From Nitrospirota bacterium (GTDB taxonomy: Bacteria; Nitrospirota; Thermodesulfovibrionia; Thermodesulfovibrionales; Dissulfurispiraceae), in the NCBI GenBank assembly GCA_963710375.1, contig CAVPZX010000002.1:128001-192000 (forward strand): a stretch of DNA of 64,000 bases. Reading direction: 5' to 3'. Below the pieces are notes generated by a model. That model was not told the DNA's origin, did no database searches, and was given only the letters and a program-made list of their open reading frames with translations. Made by a program: the position numbers and the translations under genes. Positions 1 through 10,512 of this stretch are shown here, one piece after another (positions within the stretch are counted from its first letter, which is position 1; each line of letters opens with the position of its first letter).

Positions 1-109
1 ACGATTATAGATGATTTTTATAAAATAAAGTATACAGTATACAATGCCGGTCAGGCAAAGGCAAAATTTGACCTTTTACAGTTTGCAATGATAGTCTATG
101 AATTAACCT

Positions 110-817
110 ATGCACATCCCCGATGGTTATTTAAGCCCTCAGACTTATATTCCTTTGTATGGTGTATCCTTTGCTTTTTGGACCGTTTCGCTGAAAAAAC
201 TGAAAAAAGAACTTTCCGCTAAATACATTCCCTATCTGGCCATGGCAGCGGCATTCTCGTTCCTTATTATGATGTTCAATATCCCGATTCCAGGCGGGAC
301 AACGGGCCATGCTGTGGGCGCGGGCATTATTGCAACGCTGCTCGGGCCTTGGACTGCAGTCATTGCCGTATCCATGGTGCTGATAATTCAAGCCCTCGTT
401 TTCGGGGATGGAGGAATTACCGCAATTGGAGCGAACTGCTTTAACATGGCTGTTGTAATACCGTTCGTATCATATTGGACATTTAAACTGGTGAAGGGAA
501 ATGCCGTAAGTGGGCGCAGGATTTCGGCAGCGGCTTTCCTTTCCGGCTATACCGGATTGTCCGTTGCTTCAATAATAACCGCAGTCGAACTCGGCATCCA
601 GCCCATTATTGCCCACGCCGCCGATGGCAGGCCGCTCTATGCGCCATATCCGCTGTCAGTTGCAGTCCCCGCAATGGCGCTGGAGCATCTTTTGCTGTTC
701 AGCGTTGTAGAGGGGACAATAACCATGCTGCTCTTTAAATACTTCGTTAAACACGAACCCGGTTTAGTGTACGCGTTAAGAAAAACAGGTAAAGGTCAAG
801 ACATAGGTTTAGGTTAA
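110..817 (+). CDS. cbiM: ECF-type cobalt/nickel transporter S component (CbiM/NikM)
   Basis: N-terminal MHIPDGYLSP signature, GTTGH motif, GGITAIGAN, multiple TM helices. Confidence 0.9.
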   Translation: MHIPDGYLSPQTYIPLYGVSFAFWTVSLKKLKKELSAKYIPYLAMAAAFSFLIMMFNIPIPGGTTGHAVGAGIIATLLGPWTAVIAVSMVLIIQALVFGDGGITAIGANCFNMAVVIPFVSYWTFKLVKGNAVSGRRISAAAFLSGYTGLSVASIITAVELGIQPIIAHAADGRPLYAPYPLSVAVPAMALEHLLLFSVVEGTITMLLFKYFVKHEPGLVYALRKTGKGQDIGLG

Positions 818-890
818 GGTTAAGGTTAAGAAAAGACAAAAGCACAGCGTCATTAATCTTTGACTTAACCTTAACCTTAGCCTTAACCTG
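787..890. repeat. Tandem-inverted hexamer repeat (AGGTTA)n...(TAACCT)n
   Basis: aggtttaggttaaggttaaggttaag ... cttaaccttaaccttagccttaacct between convergent cbiM and mlaD. Confidence 0.85.
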
Positions 891-898
891 CCTTTCCT

Positions 899-1880
899 TT
901 AGAATATGCTGAATTTAAAATATTTCTTGGGGTTGGCCCTGACGTCTCTGGTCAATTGTTTTAATTCAGACACGGCTTCACTCAGTCCTGTAACGGTTTC
1001 TTTCAGTTGCGCGGCAAGCTCCTTGTCCTTTATAAGCTCCCCGGCAGTACCCTTGCCTGAATCAATCGCTGAGAGCACGGAATCGAGCTTTCGGGATGCG
1101 CTGTCCAGGTTATCGTAAATCTCGGGGTTCTCTACAAGCTTCTTAAGCGTGCCGTTCCCCTCATTCATCGTCCTGCTGAATTTCTCGAGGGAGGACGAGG
1201 CTGCAAGCATATTGTTGTAAACGGACGGGTCCTTAATAAACATTTTCGCGGATCCTTCAGATTCCTTAAACTCCTTTAATATCGCCAGGAGCGTTGTCGA
1301 TGATTTCTTTAAATTGTCATAGAGGGCTGGATCTTGAAACATTTTTGCAACGGTCCCCTGACTCTTCTCGAAATGCTCCAGTATCTTGTTCGACTTTATT
1401 CACAAATTCGGTGACTTTTGCCATAGACTTTGTACTGGCCTCAACCAGGTCTTTCACTTCCAGTTGCGCAGCGCCATTTATGATACTGCCCGGTTTAATT
1501 TGGCCTGCTTCAAATGTGCCGCCTGTCAACTCTATATATTTGTCGCCCAGGAGACCCTGGGTAATTACGTTTGCATATGAATCGTTTCTTATATAAGGCA
1601 AAGCGCTTTTTTGGATCAACATGGTAACCAGAGTGCCGTATTGGGAGTTAAGGCTTATATTCTTCACAAAACCGATTTCTATCCCCGAGACCCAAACCGG
1701 GGCATCCCGTCTGAGTCCCTTGACATCCTTCACTTGCGCCTTGATGACCACTTTGGAAGAAAACCAGTCCTGGATTCCCCCTGCAAAAAAGACCGTTAAA
1801 AGCAATAGAGCCAGGGCAATGCTGATAACCACCCCAACCTTCAGCTTGGACCACATGAGCTGCTTTTTCATATCAAACAT
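899..1880 (-). CDS. mlaD: MlaD/MCE-family lipid transport protein, split by a +1 frameshift near 1389 (probable sequencing error, or pseudogene)
   Basis: N-terminal TM plus MCE domain (VKGLRRDAPVWVSGIEIG...GLLGDKYIEL) in ORF 1317..1880. The helical C-terminus ending NPKKYFKFSIF is in ORF 899..1342. Removing one A from GTCGAACAAG joins them (VDKILEHFEKSQGTVAKMFQDP). Confidence 0.85.
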
Positions 1881-1891
1881 ATTACTTCCCC

Positions 1892-2626
1892 CTAACGAAC
1901 TCCCCGAAGTTCCCTCATAAATATATGTATATCCGGAATAGATGCTTGCAGAAGCTTCTCTCTGTTTCCATCGAACACGACAGATCCTTCTTTCAGAAAC
2001 ATGAACCGACCCGCCACCCTCATTGCATCGTACACTTTATGCGTTACAATAATAAAGCCCTTTCCATCTTTCGATAGCTCGATAATAAGCTTGCAAATAG
2101 TGTCTGCGTTCACGGGATCAAGCCCGGAAGTGGGCTCATCGTATAGGAACATTGCCGGGTCGCATGCGGCGAGAGATCGTGCAATAGCAACTCTCCTGTG
2201 CATGCCTCCGCTTAATTCGTCCGGCATAAGATCAATTGCGCCCTCAACTCCCACGACCCTTAAAAGTTCCCGCACACGGCGGTCTATTTCTTCCTCTGAG
2301 AGTTTCGTGTATTCCCGCAGGCAAAAAGCCACATTCTCCCTGACATTTAATGAATCAAAAAGCGCTCCCTCCTGGAAAACAATACTGAACTTCATGCGCA
2401 CATCCCTTAATTCACTCTCCGTTTTAATTGTTATATCTTGTCCATCAACCATGATGCGCCCCGAATCCGGCCTCAAAAGGCCGAGTATCAGTTTCAATAT
2501 TGTCGTCTTGCCTTCCCCGCTCCCGCCGAGAATGGCTACCCGCTCACCGGAGTCGATAAGGAAACTTACTTCCTTTAGAACGGTGCGCTCACCATATGAG
2601 AAACATACGTGGTCGAATTTTATCAT
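1892..2626 (-). CDS. mlaF: MlaF-like ABC transporter ATP-binding protein
   Basis: Walker A GGSGEGKT, signature LSGGM, YDEPTSGLDP; lies between mlaE and mlaD. Confidence 0.9.
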   Translation of the reverse strand: MIKFDHVCFSYGERTVLKEVSFLIDSGERVAILGGSGEGKTTILKLILGLLRPDSGRIMVDGQDITIKTESELRDVRMKFSIVFQEGALFDSLNVRENVAFCLREYTKLSEEEIDRRVRELLRVVGVEGAIDLMPDELSGGMHRRVAIARSLAACDPAMFLYDEPTSGLDPVNADTICKLIIELSKDGKGFIIVTHKVYDAMRVAGRFMFLKEGSVVFDGNREKLLQASIPDIHIFMRELRGVR

Positions 2627-3390
2627 ACCGAAAACCCGAGTATATAGAGCAATATTCTGGTAAGAGCGAAATCGGCGATGATGATAGATATAATAGACAG
2701 GACAACGGCGTTCGTTGTGGCCCGCCTGAGGCCGGCTGCGCCCCCCATGGTAGTCAATCCACTAAAACAGCTGATGCTCGCTATAAGGAATCCGAAAATA
2801 AAGGGCTTGACAGAGCCTGCAACGATATTCTCGAAAATCAGGACATCACGAATAGATTTCCAGTAGACATAGCCGCTCTGGTTGCTCACGAATACAATAA
2901 TGTAATACGCGCCAAAGATGGAGATCGCGTCACCGATAACAGTCAGGACAGGCAGCATAATTATTGCACTGATCAATCGCGGCGTAACCAGTTTCTTTAT
3001 CGGGTCCACGCCGAAGACCCTGAAAGAATCCACCTGGTGCCCGAGCACCATCGACCCCAGTTCGGATGCCATGCCTGCCCCGACCCGCCCGGTGAATACC
3101 AGGGCAGCCATTACAGGGCCAATCTCCCTGATAACCGTAATCCCCACTGCCTTGCCGGTATACATCTTGAGCCCCAGCCGGCCAAACTCGGCAGACAGCT
3201 GAAGCGAAAGCGCCATCCCGATAAAAAGGGAAACAAGTACAATGATGGGGAAAGATCCTGCACCGGCGTAATCCATCTGTTCAATAGCGTCCCTTAAGTA
3301 AAATGGCCTGGTTACCACTCCGGCAAGTCCGCGTAAAGCGAGAAGATAATAATCCTGCAAGTTATTTATTATTTCTTTTATTCTCATCAC
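2623..3390 (-). CDS. mlaE: MlaE-family ABC permease
   Basis: REIGPVMAALVFTGRVG...SELGSM motif, TM helices. Confidence 0.9.
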   Translation of the reverse strand: MMRIKEIINNLQDYYLLALRGLAGVVTRPFYLRDAIEQMDYAGAGSFPIIVLVSLFIGMALSLQLSAEFGRLGLKMYTGKAVGITVIREIGPVMAALVFTGRVGAGMASELGSMVLGHQVDSFRVFGVDPIKKLVTPRLISAIIMLPVLTVIGDAISIFGAYYIIVFVSNQSGYVYWKSIRDVLIFENIVAGSVKPFIFGFLIASISCFSGLTTMGGAAGLRRATTNAVVLSIISIIIADFALTRILLYILGFSV

Positions 3391-4284
3391 CTATGACCCT
3401 ACCCTTTTCCACCGTCTATGTATCCAGAGCCATTCTGTCGGGTGCTCTTTGATGTACTCATCAACATAACTGCTCAAGCGCTGCGTATCCTCTTTCAGGG
3501 AGCTCTCGGACATTTCTTCGCGGTTTAACAACACCTCAGGGTAAATAGTCATAACATGCCCGATCCCTTCCCTGCTTATGAAAGCCGGGATTACAGGAGT
3601 GCCGGTCTTTCTGGCAATAAGGGCCGGCATCTTGGTGGTCCAGGCGCCCCTCCCCAAAAAGTTTATGGTATAACCCTCATCCCGTATAACTGCCTGGTCC
3701 ATCAGAATGCCTACTGTGCCTTCTTTTTTCAGACAAGCAAGGATACCTTTCAAGGCCCCCCTTTTATATATAACGCTGTTGCCGTACCGCGCCCTTATCT
3801 TGCCAATCATTCCGTTGATATAAGGATTATCCTGTGCCCGCGCAACAACAGAGGCAGGGGATACCTTCAAGCCAAAGGCCAGTGCCATCAGTTCCCAGTT
3901 GCCGCAGTGGCCTGTAACAAAGATGACTCCCTTACCTTTAGCTTTTGCTTCATTGTAATGCTCGCTTCCCCTGATTACAACATTCCGAATAAGCCTATTG
4001 CCAAAGCCATAGTAAATCTTCATGACCTCTGCAATAGACTTCCCGAAATTGACAAAGCTTTCCCTTGCAATTTTTTCGGCCGGTTCCGAAACTGCGAGTG
4101 CTCCTGACTGGACCGATTTCTCAATATTCCCGACAGCAATCCGGCGTCTTCCTGACCAGACATTAAAAAGTAAAAGGCCGAGAAACCCGCCTGCCTTTAA
4201 AGCACATTTGTAAGGAAGCAGGGCGAGAGGGAATGACAGGACAATTATAATCACCGCTTCCAAAAGCCAGAGGAGTCGTTTCAT
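3391..4284 (-). CDS. lpxL: Lipid A late acyltransferase (HtrB/LpxL family)
   Basis: GHCGNWE, LMDQ and WLWIHRRWK motifs. Confidence 0.85.
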   Translation of the reverse strand: MKRLLWLLEAVIIIVLSFPLALLPYKCALKAGGFLGLLLFNVWSGRRRIAVGNIEKSVQSGALAVSEPAEKIARESFVNFGKSIAEVMKIYYGFGNRLIRNVVIRGSEHYNEAKAKGKGVIFVTGHCGNWELMALAFGLKVSPASVVARAQDNPYINGMIGKIRARYGNSVIYKRGALKGILACLKKEGTVGILMDQAVIRDEGYTINFLGRGAWTTKMPALIARKTGTPVIPAFISREGIGHVMTIYPEVLLNREEMSESSLKEDTQRLSSYVDEYIKEHPTEWLWIHRRWKRVGS

Positions 4285-4292
4285 TAAGATGG

Positions 4293-6752
4293 TTATCGGT
4301 CAGTACCCTCATCACCTTTAGGCTTGGGAGTGGCTGTTGAGTCGGCCGTCTCAGGTTCCTGCTCTTTCTCTTTCTTTTTCTCCATCGCCTCCGAGATTTC
4401 CCCCAGCCGTTTCATTATGAGGTAATTGACAGTCCCTTCCGGATATGTACCGTCAGCGCTCATCTCTCCGGCTTTCATACCGGTCAGGATCTCAAGACCC
4501 TCTTCAACCTTGCTAATGGGATATATAACGAAACGGGCATCTTTCACTGCGTCGACCACTTCCTGCCTTAGCATGAGGTTTTTAACATTTCTCCTCGGTA
4601 TTATCACGCCATGGCCCCCGTTCAATCCCCTGTATTTACAGAGGTCAAAAAAGCCTTCGATCTTCTCGTTTACGCCGCCTATAGGCTGAACATCCCCGTT
4701 TTGGTCCATTGAGCCGGTTACAGCGAAACTCTGCTTCAAAGGGACACTTGCTATGCTGCTGAGCAATGCATAAAGCTCTGCGCAGGTGGCGCTGTCTCCC
4801 TCTATCATCTCATAGAGCTGCTCAAAGGTGATGGAAGCAGAAAGGCTGATGGGCTTTTTGGCCGCATATTTGCTTCCAAGATAGCCGGATATTATCATAA
4901 TCGCCTTTTCGTGTATCTTCCCGCTCATCTTCGTCTCACGCTCTATATTTACCACCCCCGCCTTCCCCATATAGGTAAGGGCGGTTATCCTTGATGGTTT
5001 GCCGAATGCATAATCACCCAGGGAAAGGACTGCCAGCCCGTTCACCTGCCCCACCTTTTCTCCGGAGGTGTTGACAATAAGCGTATCCTCCAGCGTGGCC
5101 TCCCTGATCCGCTCCTCAATCCTGTTCGCCCTCATTGTTTTCTCATCGATGGCCTTCACCACGTGTTCAGCGAGAACCAAATCGCTGCCCATTTTCTTTG
5201 CCCAATAATGCGATTCGCGAATCAGGTCCGCTATATAGCTGAATTGCGTAGAAAGCTTCTCCTGATGCTCGGCAAGCCTTGATCCGTATTCAATGATCTT
5301 TGCCATGCCGCTCTGGTCGAAAGGGGTAAGGTTCTCGGCTTTCTGGCAACCGGCAATAAAAAGAGCATATTTAGCCATGTTCTCTTTTGTTCTTACCATC
5401 CTGTTATCGAAATCCGCCTTGACTTTAAAGAGTTCCCTGTATTCATCGTCAAGGTTGTAAAGCATATAGTATATATAGGGGTTGCCGATGAAGATTACCT
5501 TTACGTTCAGCGGGAGCGGTTCCGGCTTCATGCCGGCAGTGCTCACCAACCTGTACTGCTCCCATACATCTTCCATTTTGATCTCCTTCGTCCTTAATGC
5601 CCGTTTCAGAGCGTCATAGGAGAAGATGTTCTTCAAAAGGTCGATGACATTTATTACTATATATCCGTTGTTCGCCTTATGCAGCGATCCTGCCTTGATC
5701 AATGAAAAATCGGTTGACGCCATACCGTACTGCACCTTGTACTCCATTCTGCCAAAGAGGTTCAGGAAGGTGGGATTGTTCTCAAAAACTACAGGCGCCC
5801 CCTTGGTCTCGCCGTTATTGACGAACACATTCACTGCATATCTGACAAAAGACGTCTCCTGCCTCGGCATCCTCATAAAAGGCAACTGAGGGGCCTGCTC
5901 TTCAGCAGGCCTGAAATCATCCAGATTAGCAAGGATATCTTCCTGTACCACGTTAAGGTATTCCGTGATCTTTTCGTGGTTGGCGTATTTTTTCTTGAGG
6001 TCCTGGATAAAGTGTCCTACCGACCCGAGCGCAATCTCCCTTTCAAGCCTGGCGAGCATCTCCTTCACCAGCTTTTCCGCCTCTCTGACCGCCCTGACGA
6101 CATCGTCAAGTTTCTCCTGCAATGCCTTGCCTACCTCTTCAATCGTGCCTTTTGTTTTTTCATCCAGGGCTGCAAATTCTTCTTCTGTCAGAGGTTCGCC
6201 GCCCTTTTTTATTGGGACGATCATCAGACCCGACACAGCTTTTCTTATGGCAAACCCCTTGGACTGCGCCTCCTCTTCCAGACCGGCAAAGAGGTCCTTC
6301 TGTTTCTGCTGGAAGTCTTCTAAAATTCTGCCCCTCTGCTTTCCGTATTCCTTGGAATCAAATGTTTTGGGTATCTCATCACGCAATACCTTTATGAGCT
6401 CACTCATGTCATTCTGAAAAAGCACACCCCTGCCGGGCTCAAGTGATATTGCAAGGGGATAATCAGGATTTTTAAAGTTGTGTACATAGCACCAGTCAGG
6501 AGGTACTTTTTCATGTGCCGCCCGCTCGGTCAGGAGTGTTTTGATCGTCTTCGTCTTGCCAGTGCCGTCTTCGCCCATGGCAAAAATATTAAACCCGTCG
6601 CTGTTGAGGCTGAGGCCGAAATCCAGGGCCTGCAGGGCCTTCTCCTGGCCGATCGTTCCGATAATCTCCTCTAACATTTCCGACGTACCAAAATTGAAGG
6701 GCACAACATCACAGCACCTATAAAGTTCATCCGGTTTAAGTGGTTCAGGCAT
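4293..6752 (-). CDS. Lon-like protease (LonC type: AAA-like domain plus Lon_C)
   Basis: GEDGTGKT, GSLHKANNG, EGDSAT catalytic Ser region, PIGGVNEKIEGF. Confidence 0.85.
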   Translation of the reverse strand: MPEPLKPDELYRCCDVVPFNFGTSEMLEEIIGTIGQEKALQALDFGLSLNSDGFNIFAMGEDGTGKTKTIKTLLTERAAHEKVPPDWCYVHNFKNPDYPLAISLEPGRGVLFQNDMSELIKVLRDEIPKTFDSKEYGKQRGRILEDFQQKQKDLFAGLEEEAQSKGFAIRKAVSGLMIVPIKKGGEPLTEEEFAALDEKTKGTIEEVGKALQEKLDDVVRAVREAEKLVKEMLARLEREIALGSVGHFIQDLKKKYANHEKITEYLNVVQEDILANLDDFRPAEEQAPQLPFMRMPRQETSFVRYAVNVFVNNGETKGAPVVFENNPTFLNLFGRMEYKVQYGMASTDFSLIKAGSLHKANNGYIVINVIDLLKNIFSYDALKRALRTKEIKMEDVWEQYRLVSTAGMKPEPLPLNVKVIFIGNPYIYYMLYNLDDEYRELFKVKADFDNRMVRTKENMAKYALFIAGCQKAENLTPFDQSGMAKIIEYGSRLAEHQEKLSTQFSYIADLIRESHYWAKKMGSDLVLAEHVVKAIDEKTMRANRIEERIREATLEDTLIVNTSGEKVGQVNGLAVLSLGDYAFGKPSRITALTYMGKAGVVNIERETKMSGKIHEKAIMIISGYLGSKYAAKKPISLSASITFEQLYEMIEGDSATCAELYALLSSIASVPLKQSFAVTGSMDQNGDVQPIGGVNEKIEGFFDLCKYRGLNGGHGVIIPRRNVKNLMLRQEVVDAVKDARFVIYPISKVEEGLEILTGMKAGEMSADGTYPEGTVNYLIMKRLGEISEAMEKKKEKEQEPETADSTATPKPKGDEGTDR

Positions 6753-6773
6753 AATAGTTCTCCTCCTTCAAAA

Positions 6774-6864
6774 AATTAAGAATTACGAATTAAGAATTAC
6801 GAATTACAAGCATTAATGAGAATATAGTTGCTTCAACAATTCATAATTCTTAATTCGTAATTTT
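6774..6864. repeat. Tandem-inverted heptamer repeat (GAATTAN)n...(NTAATTC)n
   Basis: aattaagaattacgaattaagaattacgaattac ... aattcataattcttaattcgtaatt. Confidence 0.85.
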
Positions 6865-6880
6865 CAGTCCAGTATTAGCG

Positions 6881-7813
6881 CTACTTTGCCCTGGGATGAT
6901 GCTCCTGGTAGACTTTTTTAATTCTGTCGGATGACACCTTTGTATAAATCTGCGTCGTCGCAATATCAGAATGCCCGAGCATCTTCTGCACAGAGCGCAG
7001 GTCGGCTCCGCCGTCCAAAAGGTGTGTTGCAAAAGAATGCCTGAGCATATGCGGCGTAAGTTTTAAGTCGGCACTGCCGGCAAAACTTTTCAGTGCCTGC
7101 CAGAACCGCTGTCTTGTCATCGGCTTCCCCCTGCCGGTCAGAAAAAGATAAGGAGACTGCCTGCCATTGAGTAGCCCCGGCCTAAGTTCCCTCATATATT
7201 TTTTTATCCTTTCCGAAGCCCTGTGATTCATAGGCACTACCCTTTCCTTGGATCCCTTGCCCATAACCCGCAAAAAACCCCCTTCAAAATTAATGTCATT
7301 GACCTTTATAATAAGCACCTCGCTTATTCTCAACCCCGAAGCATAAAGCAATTCCAGTATCGCTGCGTCCCTGACAAACATGCTGCTTTTTACTTCCGAG
7401 TTCAGCAGTCTCTTCGTATCTTCCACGCTCAAGGCCTTGGGCAGCCTTTCCCATTGCCGTGGAGTTCTCAAAGTTTCAGAAGGGTTATCGTCAATTATTT
7501 TTTCAATAACAAGGTATCTGCAAAACCCTTTTATCGAGGAAATAAACCTGCAGACACTCGCTGAAGAATGGCCGCTGTCTTTCAGCCTGCCGATATAATT
7601 GACGATGTCATCCCTGGTGAAAGACGTGAGATCCAATCCAATCTCCGACAAAAAGTTGCCGAATGACTGCAAGTCCAGCGAATATGACGCCACTGTATTG
7701 GTGGACAACCCCTTTTCTGTAGAAAGGTAAGCAGCAAACTGTCCCAGTAAAGGGCGGCGGGCAGGCACAGTCCGCTTTTCCCCAGCCGCTTTACTGTTGT
7801 TAAGCACATCCAC
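6881..7813 (-). CDS. xerD: Site-specific tyrosine recombinase XerD
   Basis: LYASGLRISE, GKGSKERVVP, HMLRHSFATHLL, LGHSDIATTQIYT, C-terminal HHPRA. Confidence 0.9.
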   Translation of the reverse strand: MDVLNNSKAAGEKRTVPARRPLLGQFAAYLSTEKGLSTNTVASYSLDLQSFGNFLSEIGLDLTSFTRDDIVNYIGRLKDSGHSSASVCRFISSIKGFCRYLVIEKIIDDNPSETLRTPRQWERLPKALSVEDTKRLLNSEVKSSMFVRDAAILELLYASGLRISEVLIIKVNDINFEGGFLRVMGKGSKERVVPMNHRASERIKKYMRELRPGLLNGRQSPYLFLTGRGKPMTRQRFWQALKSFAGSADLKLTPHMLRHSFATHLLDGGADLRSVQKMLGHSDIATTQIYTKVSSDRIKKVYQEHHPRAK

Positions 7814-8624
7814 AGGCTATAAGTTCCTCTATTCCCGTCGCGTTTTTTAACCGCTGATATAAAATATCGGCAAGTTTCAACAGGTTCATAGTATCTTCCT
7901 TGTTGTACATCAACAGCAGTTCCCTTGCCTCCATGTTCCCTTTTTTTACCTGCTCCCATAATTTAACAGCGTCATATCCGTTCATGCCCTTGACAACATC
8001 ATCCCTTTCGATGCCGAATAACGTCTCGAGCTTTTTCAACCCTCCGTTGATCTCGAGCTTCCTGGCTGCGAAGCAGAGGTCGAAATGAGGGATGTCAAAC
8101 CTGACGCCTGGAAATGCCCTGAGTAGAAACGGGACATCGAAGGCAGCGCCGTAAAATGTCAACAGGTATTTGTACCCTTTCAATGCGTTGTTGAGGCTCT
8201 CAGCCGTTAAATTTTCCCCGCGTATCAGCGAGCGCCATTCATAGCCGTCATACAGGCCTATGACCGTGACATAACCGCCGTGGTCAGGCTGGAAACCATT
8301 GGTTTCGATATCAAGGCAGACCGCCCCATCCTTAAAAACATCGAAAAGCCTCCAGTGCTCCCTGCGTTTCATTATCCTGGCAAAATACTCGCTATTCCCA
8401 ACGCTGAGTTCCATCGACGCCTGGTTCAGCTGGTCATCGTAAATCCTTTTTCTTTCAGGGCTGATCCCCTCTATTTCCGTACTAGCGCAAAAGTCGTCCC
8501 ACGTAAGGACCTTCTTTTTCCATATCGTTCGCTCAAGCTTCTCTCCTATCCCGTTAAGTAGCGAGAATGTGTTCCTTATCACTGCAGACCCCTTTTCCGG
8601 CCCCGTATAATGCCTTTTAGACAA
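7800..8624 (-). CDS. RNase H-like (DEDD) exonuclease, YprB/RNase_H_2 family
   Basis: LDIETNG, TFYGAAFDVPFL, HFDL, YNKED acidic motifs. Confidence 0.8.
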   Translation of the reverse strand: MSKRHYTGPEKGSAVIRNTFSLLNGIGEKLERTIWKKKVLTWDDFCASTEIEGISPERKRIYDDQLNQASMELSVGNSEYFARIMKRREHWRLFDVFKDGAVCLDIETNGFQPDHGGYVTVIGLYDGYEWRSLIRGENLTAESLNNALKGYKYLLTFYGAAFDVPFLLRAFPGVRFDIPHFDLCFAARKLEINGGLKKLETLFGIERDDVVKGMNGYDAVKLWEQVKKGNMEARELLLMYNKEDTMNLLKLADILYQRLKNATGIEELIACGCA

Positions 8625-8836
8625 ATCTTCCAGGGGACCTTTTATAGCTGTTATTATTATACTCTTTATGAATAGTCACTACAACCTGAGGTACCGAGTC
8701 AGTATAAAAATTGCAGATATCTAACTCAAATTGGTAGTATATTTAGTAAAAACATGGAGGATAGCGGTGAGAGACTTGAGGAAAAGATCCAACTGCCCTA
8801 TTCCAACAAAGCCGTCTAGTTGTATACTCTATTCGT

Positions 8837-10264
8837 ATGTCATTTGACCCGAAAGACTCAATTTACATAATATTGGGCGGAATGACAGGGGCCGCCGTGG
8901 CCAGCCTGTTCATATTAATTATTTATTTTTTTTCCGATTTCCGTAAACAAAAAGCTTACAGAAGCAAAATATTAAAACGCCTCGACACCGCAGATATGAT
9001 GCTGCGGGAAAACATGACCATGGATGCGCTATCGATATATAATGAGCTGTTGCTCAATATGCCGAAGCAGCTCCAGCCGGAACTGTATGCCCATATAAAG
9101 CAGAGCGAAGGGAATTGCTATTACGCTATATCACTTGTGCGAAACAAACCGGAAAACCTGATCAAGGCAATCCAGTCATACGAAGAGGCGTTGCGCCATG
9201 ACAGTTACCAAAAAAAACCCGGTGTGTATCTTTCTATTCAGGCCCAGCTCGGCGATGCATACCTGCAAATATCCGAATACCTGAATAAAGAAGATTTTCT
9301 GGCCAAGGCGATATACTCATTCAACGAAGTGCTCAGGCTATATACTCCTGATACCGACCCGGTCAATTACGCATTAATGCAGTACAAACTTGGGTCGTCT
9401 TACAAGTCCCTTGCGGGATCCCAAAAGAAAGAAGGCATTATGCTCCATGCGATCAACGCATTCAATGAGTCGCTGAGAATTTACACCGTCGAGACATATC
9501 CCATCAATTATGCGGAGACACAATATAACCTGGGCGATCTTTTTCTTATGGCTGCAGAAGTCGTTAACCAGGAAGACAATCTCATCAAGGCCCTCGATGC
9601 ATTCTCCAATGCCCTCAGGATTTACACCTTTGGAAGATACAATGTTAATTTTGCCGCGGCCCAAAAAAAGATGGGCAATGCCTATTCTTTACTCACCCTG
9701 ACACGCCGCGAAGAAGAGGTCTTTATCAACGCTATCAACGCCTTTTATCAGGCGCTGAAAGTATACAGCATTGAGGAATATCCCCAGGAATACGTGGGGA
9801 TACAAAACAGCATCGGGACTATCTACCGGGAACTTTCTACGCTGTCCGCCCAAGGTGACAACCTGCGTAAAGCGGTCGCTGCATTCGATGAGGCCCTTAA
9901 AGCATGCTCTTTTGAGACAAACCCTGCCGAATATGCTGCCGTGCAGCACAATATGGGAAATGCCTGTCTTATGCTCTCTGAAATCGATGGCAGCGAGGCT
10001 ATTGTCGAAAAATGCATACACTCCTACCAGGAAACCCTCAAGGTGAAAACAATCAACTATAACCCTGTCGACTTCGCCGCTATACAGCACCGCCTAGGAG
10101 ATGCTTACAGAAACATCTCAAAATATACGAAAAAAGAGGAAAACCTGGACAGGGCAGCCGCGGCTTATAAAGAAGCGCTGAAGGTCTATAATGCCGAGAA
10201 CTATCCTGTTGAACACAGGGAGGTATATTTATCGCTGGAGAAAATCAGAAGGACCGTATCTTAG
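8837..10264 (+). CDS. Membrane-anchored tetratricopeptide-repeat protein
   Basis: N-terminal TM helix followed by repeated PxxYAxxQxxLG...AIxxFxEALxxY units. Confidence 0.8.
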   Translation: MSFDPKDSIYIILGGMTGAAVASLFILIIYFFSDFRKQKAYRSKILKRLDTADMMLRENMTMDALSIYNELLLNMPKQLQPELYAHIKQSEGNCYYAISLVRNKPENLIKAIQSYEEALRHDSYQKKPGVYLSIQAQLGDAYLQISEYLNKEDFLAKAIYSFNEVLRLYTPDTDPVNYALMQYKLGSSYKSLAGSQKKEGIMLHAINAFNESLRIYTVETYPINYAETQYNLGDLFLMAAEVVNQEDNLIKALDAFSNALRIYTFGRYNVNFAAAQKKMGNAYSLLTLTRREEEVFINAINAFYQALKVYSIEEYPQEYVGIQNSIGTIYRELSTLSAQGDNLRKAVAAFDEALKACSFETNPAEYAAVQHNMGNACLMLSEIDGSEAIVEKCIHSYQETLKVKTINYNPVDFAAIQHRLGDAYRNISKYTKKEENLDRAAAAYKEALKVYNAENYPVEHREVYLSLEKIRRTVS

Positions 10265-10512
10265 CACTCAGGACTCGCCGGCCCTTCCTCTCCTTTGATC
10301 ACTTTTTCAGCCAGCGCCTTGTCGGCCTGCGGCACCAGAATCCTAATCTCTCCGATCTTGCCTATGTTGACAGGAAAAGGGCTCACTTTCGAAGACCGCA
10401 ACACAACAGGTATCCCGCCGCTTTCCAGAAGGTCCTTGACCATCTCAGCCTCAACGGGATCGCACGTAACCAGCACATCCACCCACTCTTCACTTCCATC
10501 AGATCCCAGCAT
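10261..10512 (-). CDS. DUF2007-like small protein (start uncertain; nearest in-frame ATG overlaps the msrP 3' end)
   Basis: EEWVDVLVTCDPVEAEMVKDLLESGGIPV...GEIRILVP pattern. Confidence 0.7.
   Translation of the reverse strand: MLGSDGSEEWVDVLVTCDPVEAEMVKDLLESGGIPVVLRSSKVSPFPVNIGKIGEIRILVPQADKALAEKVIKGEEGPASPEC

Noticed and set aside
1..109. Cobalamin riboswitch or NikR box upstream of cbiM
   Set aside because: No recognisable conserved elements in the AT-rich stretch available
6881..7813. Tyrosine recombinase as the island integrase
   Set aside because: It has typical chromosomal XerD features (C-terminal HHPRA) and sits in a housekeeping operon
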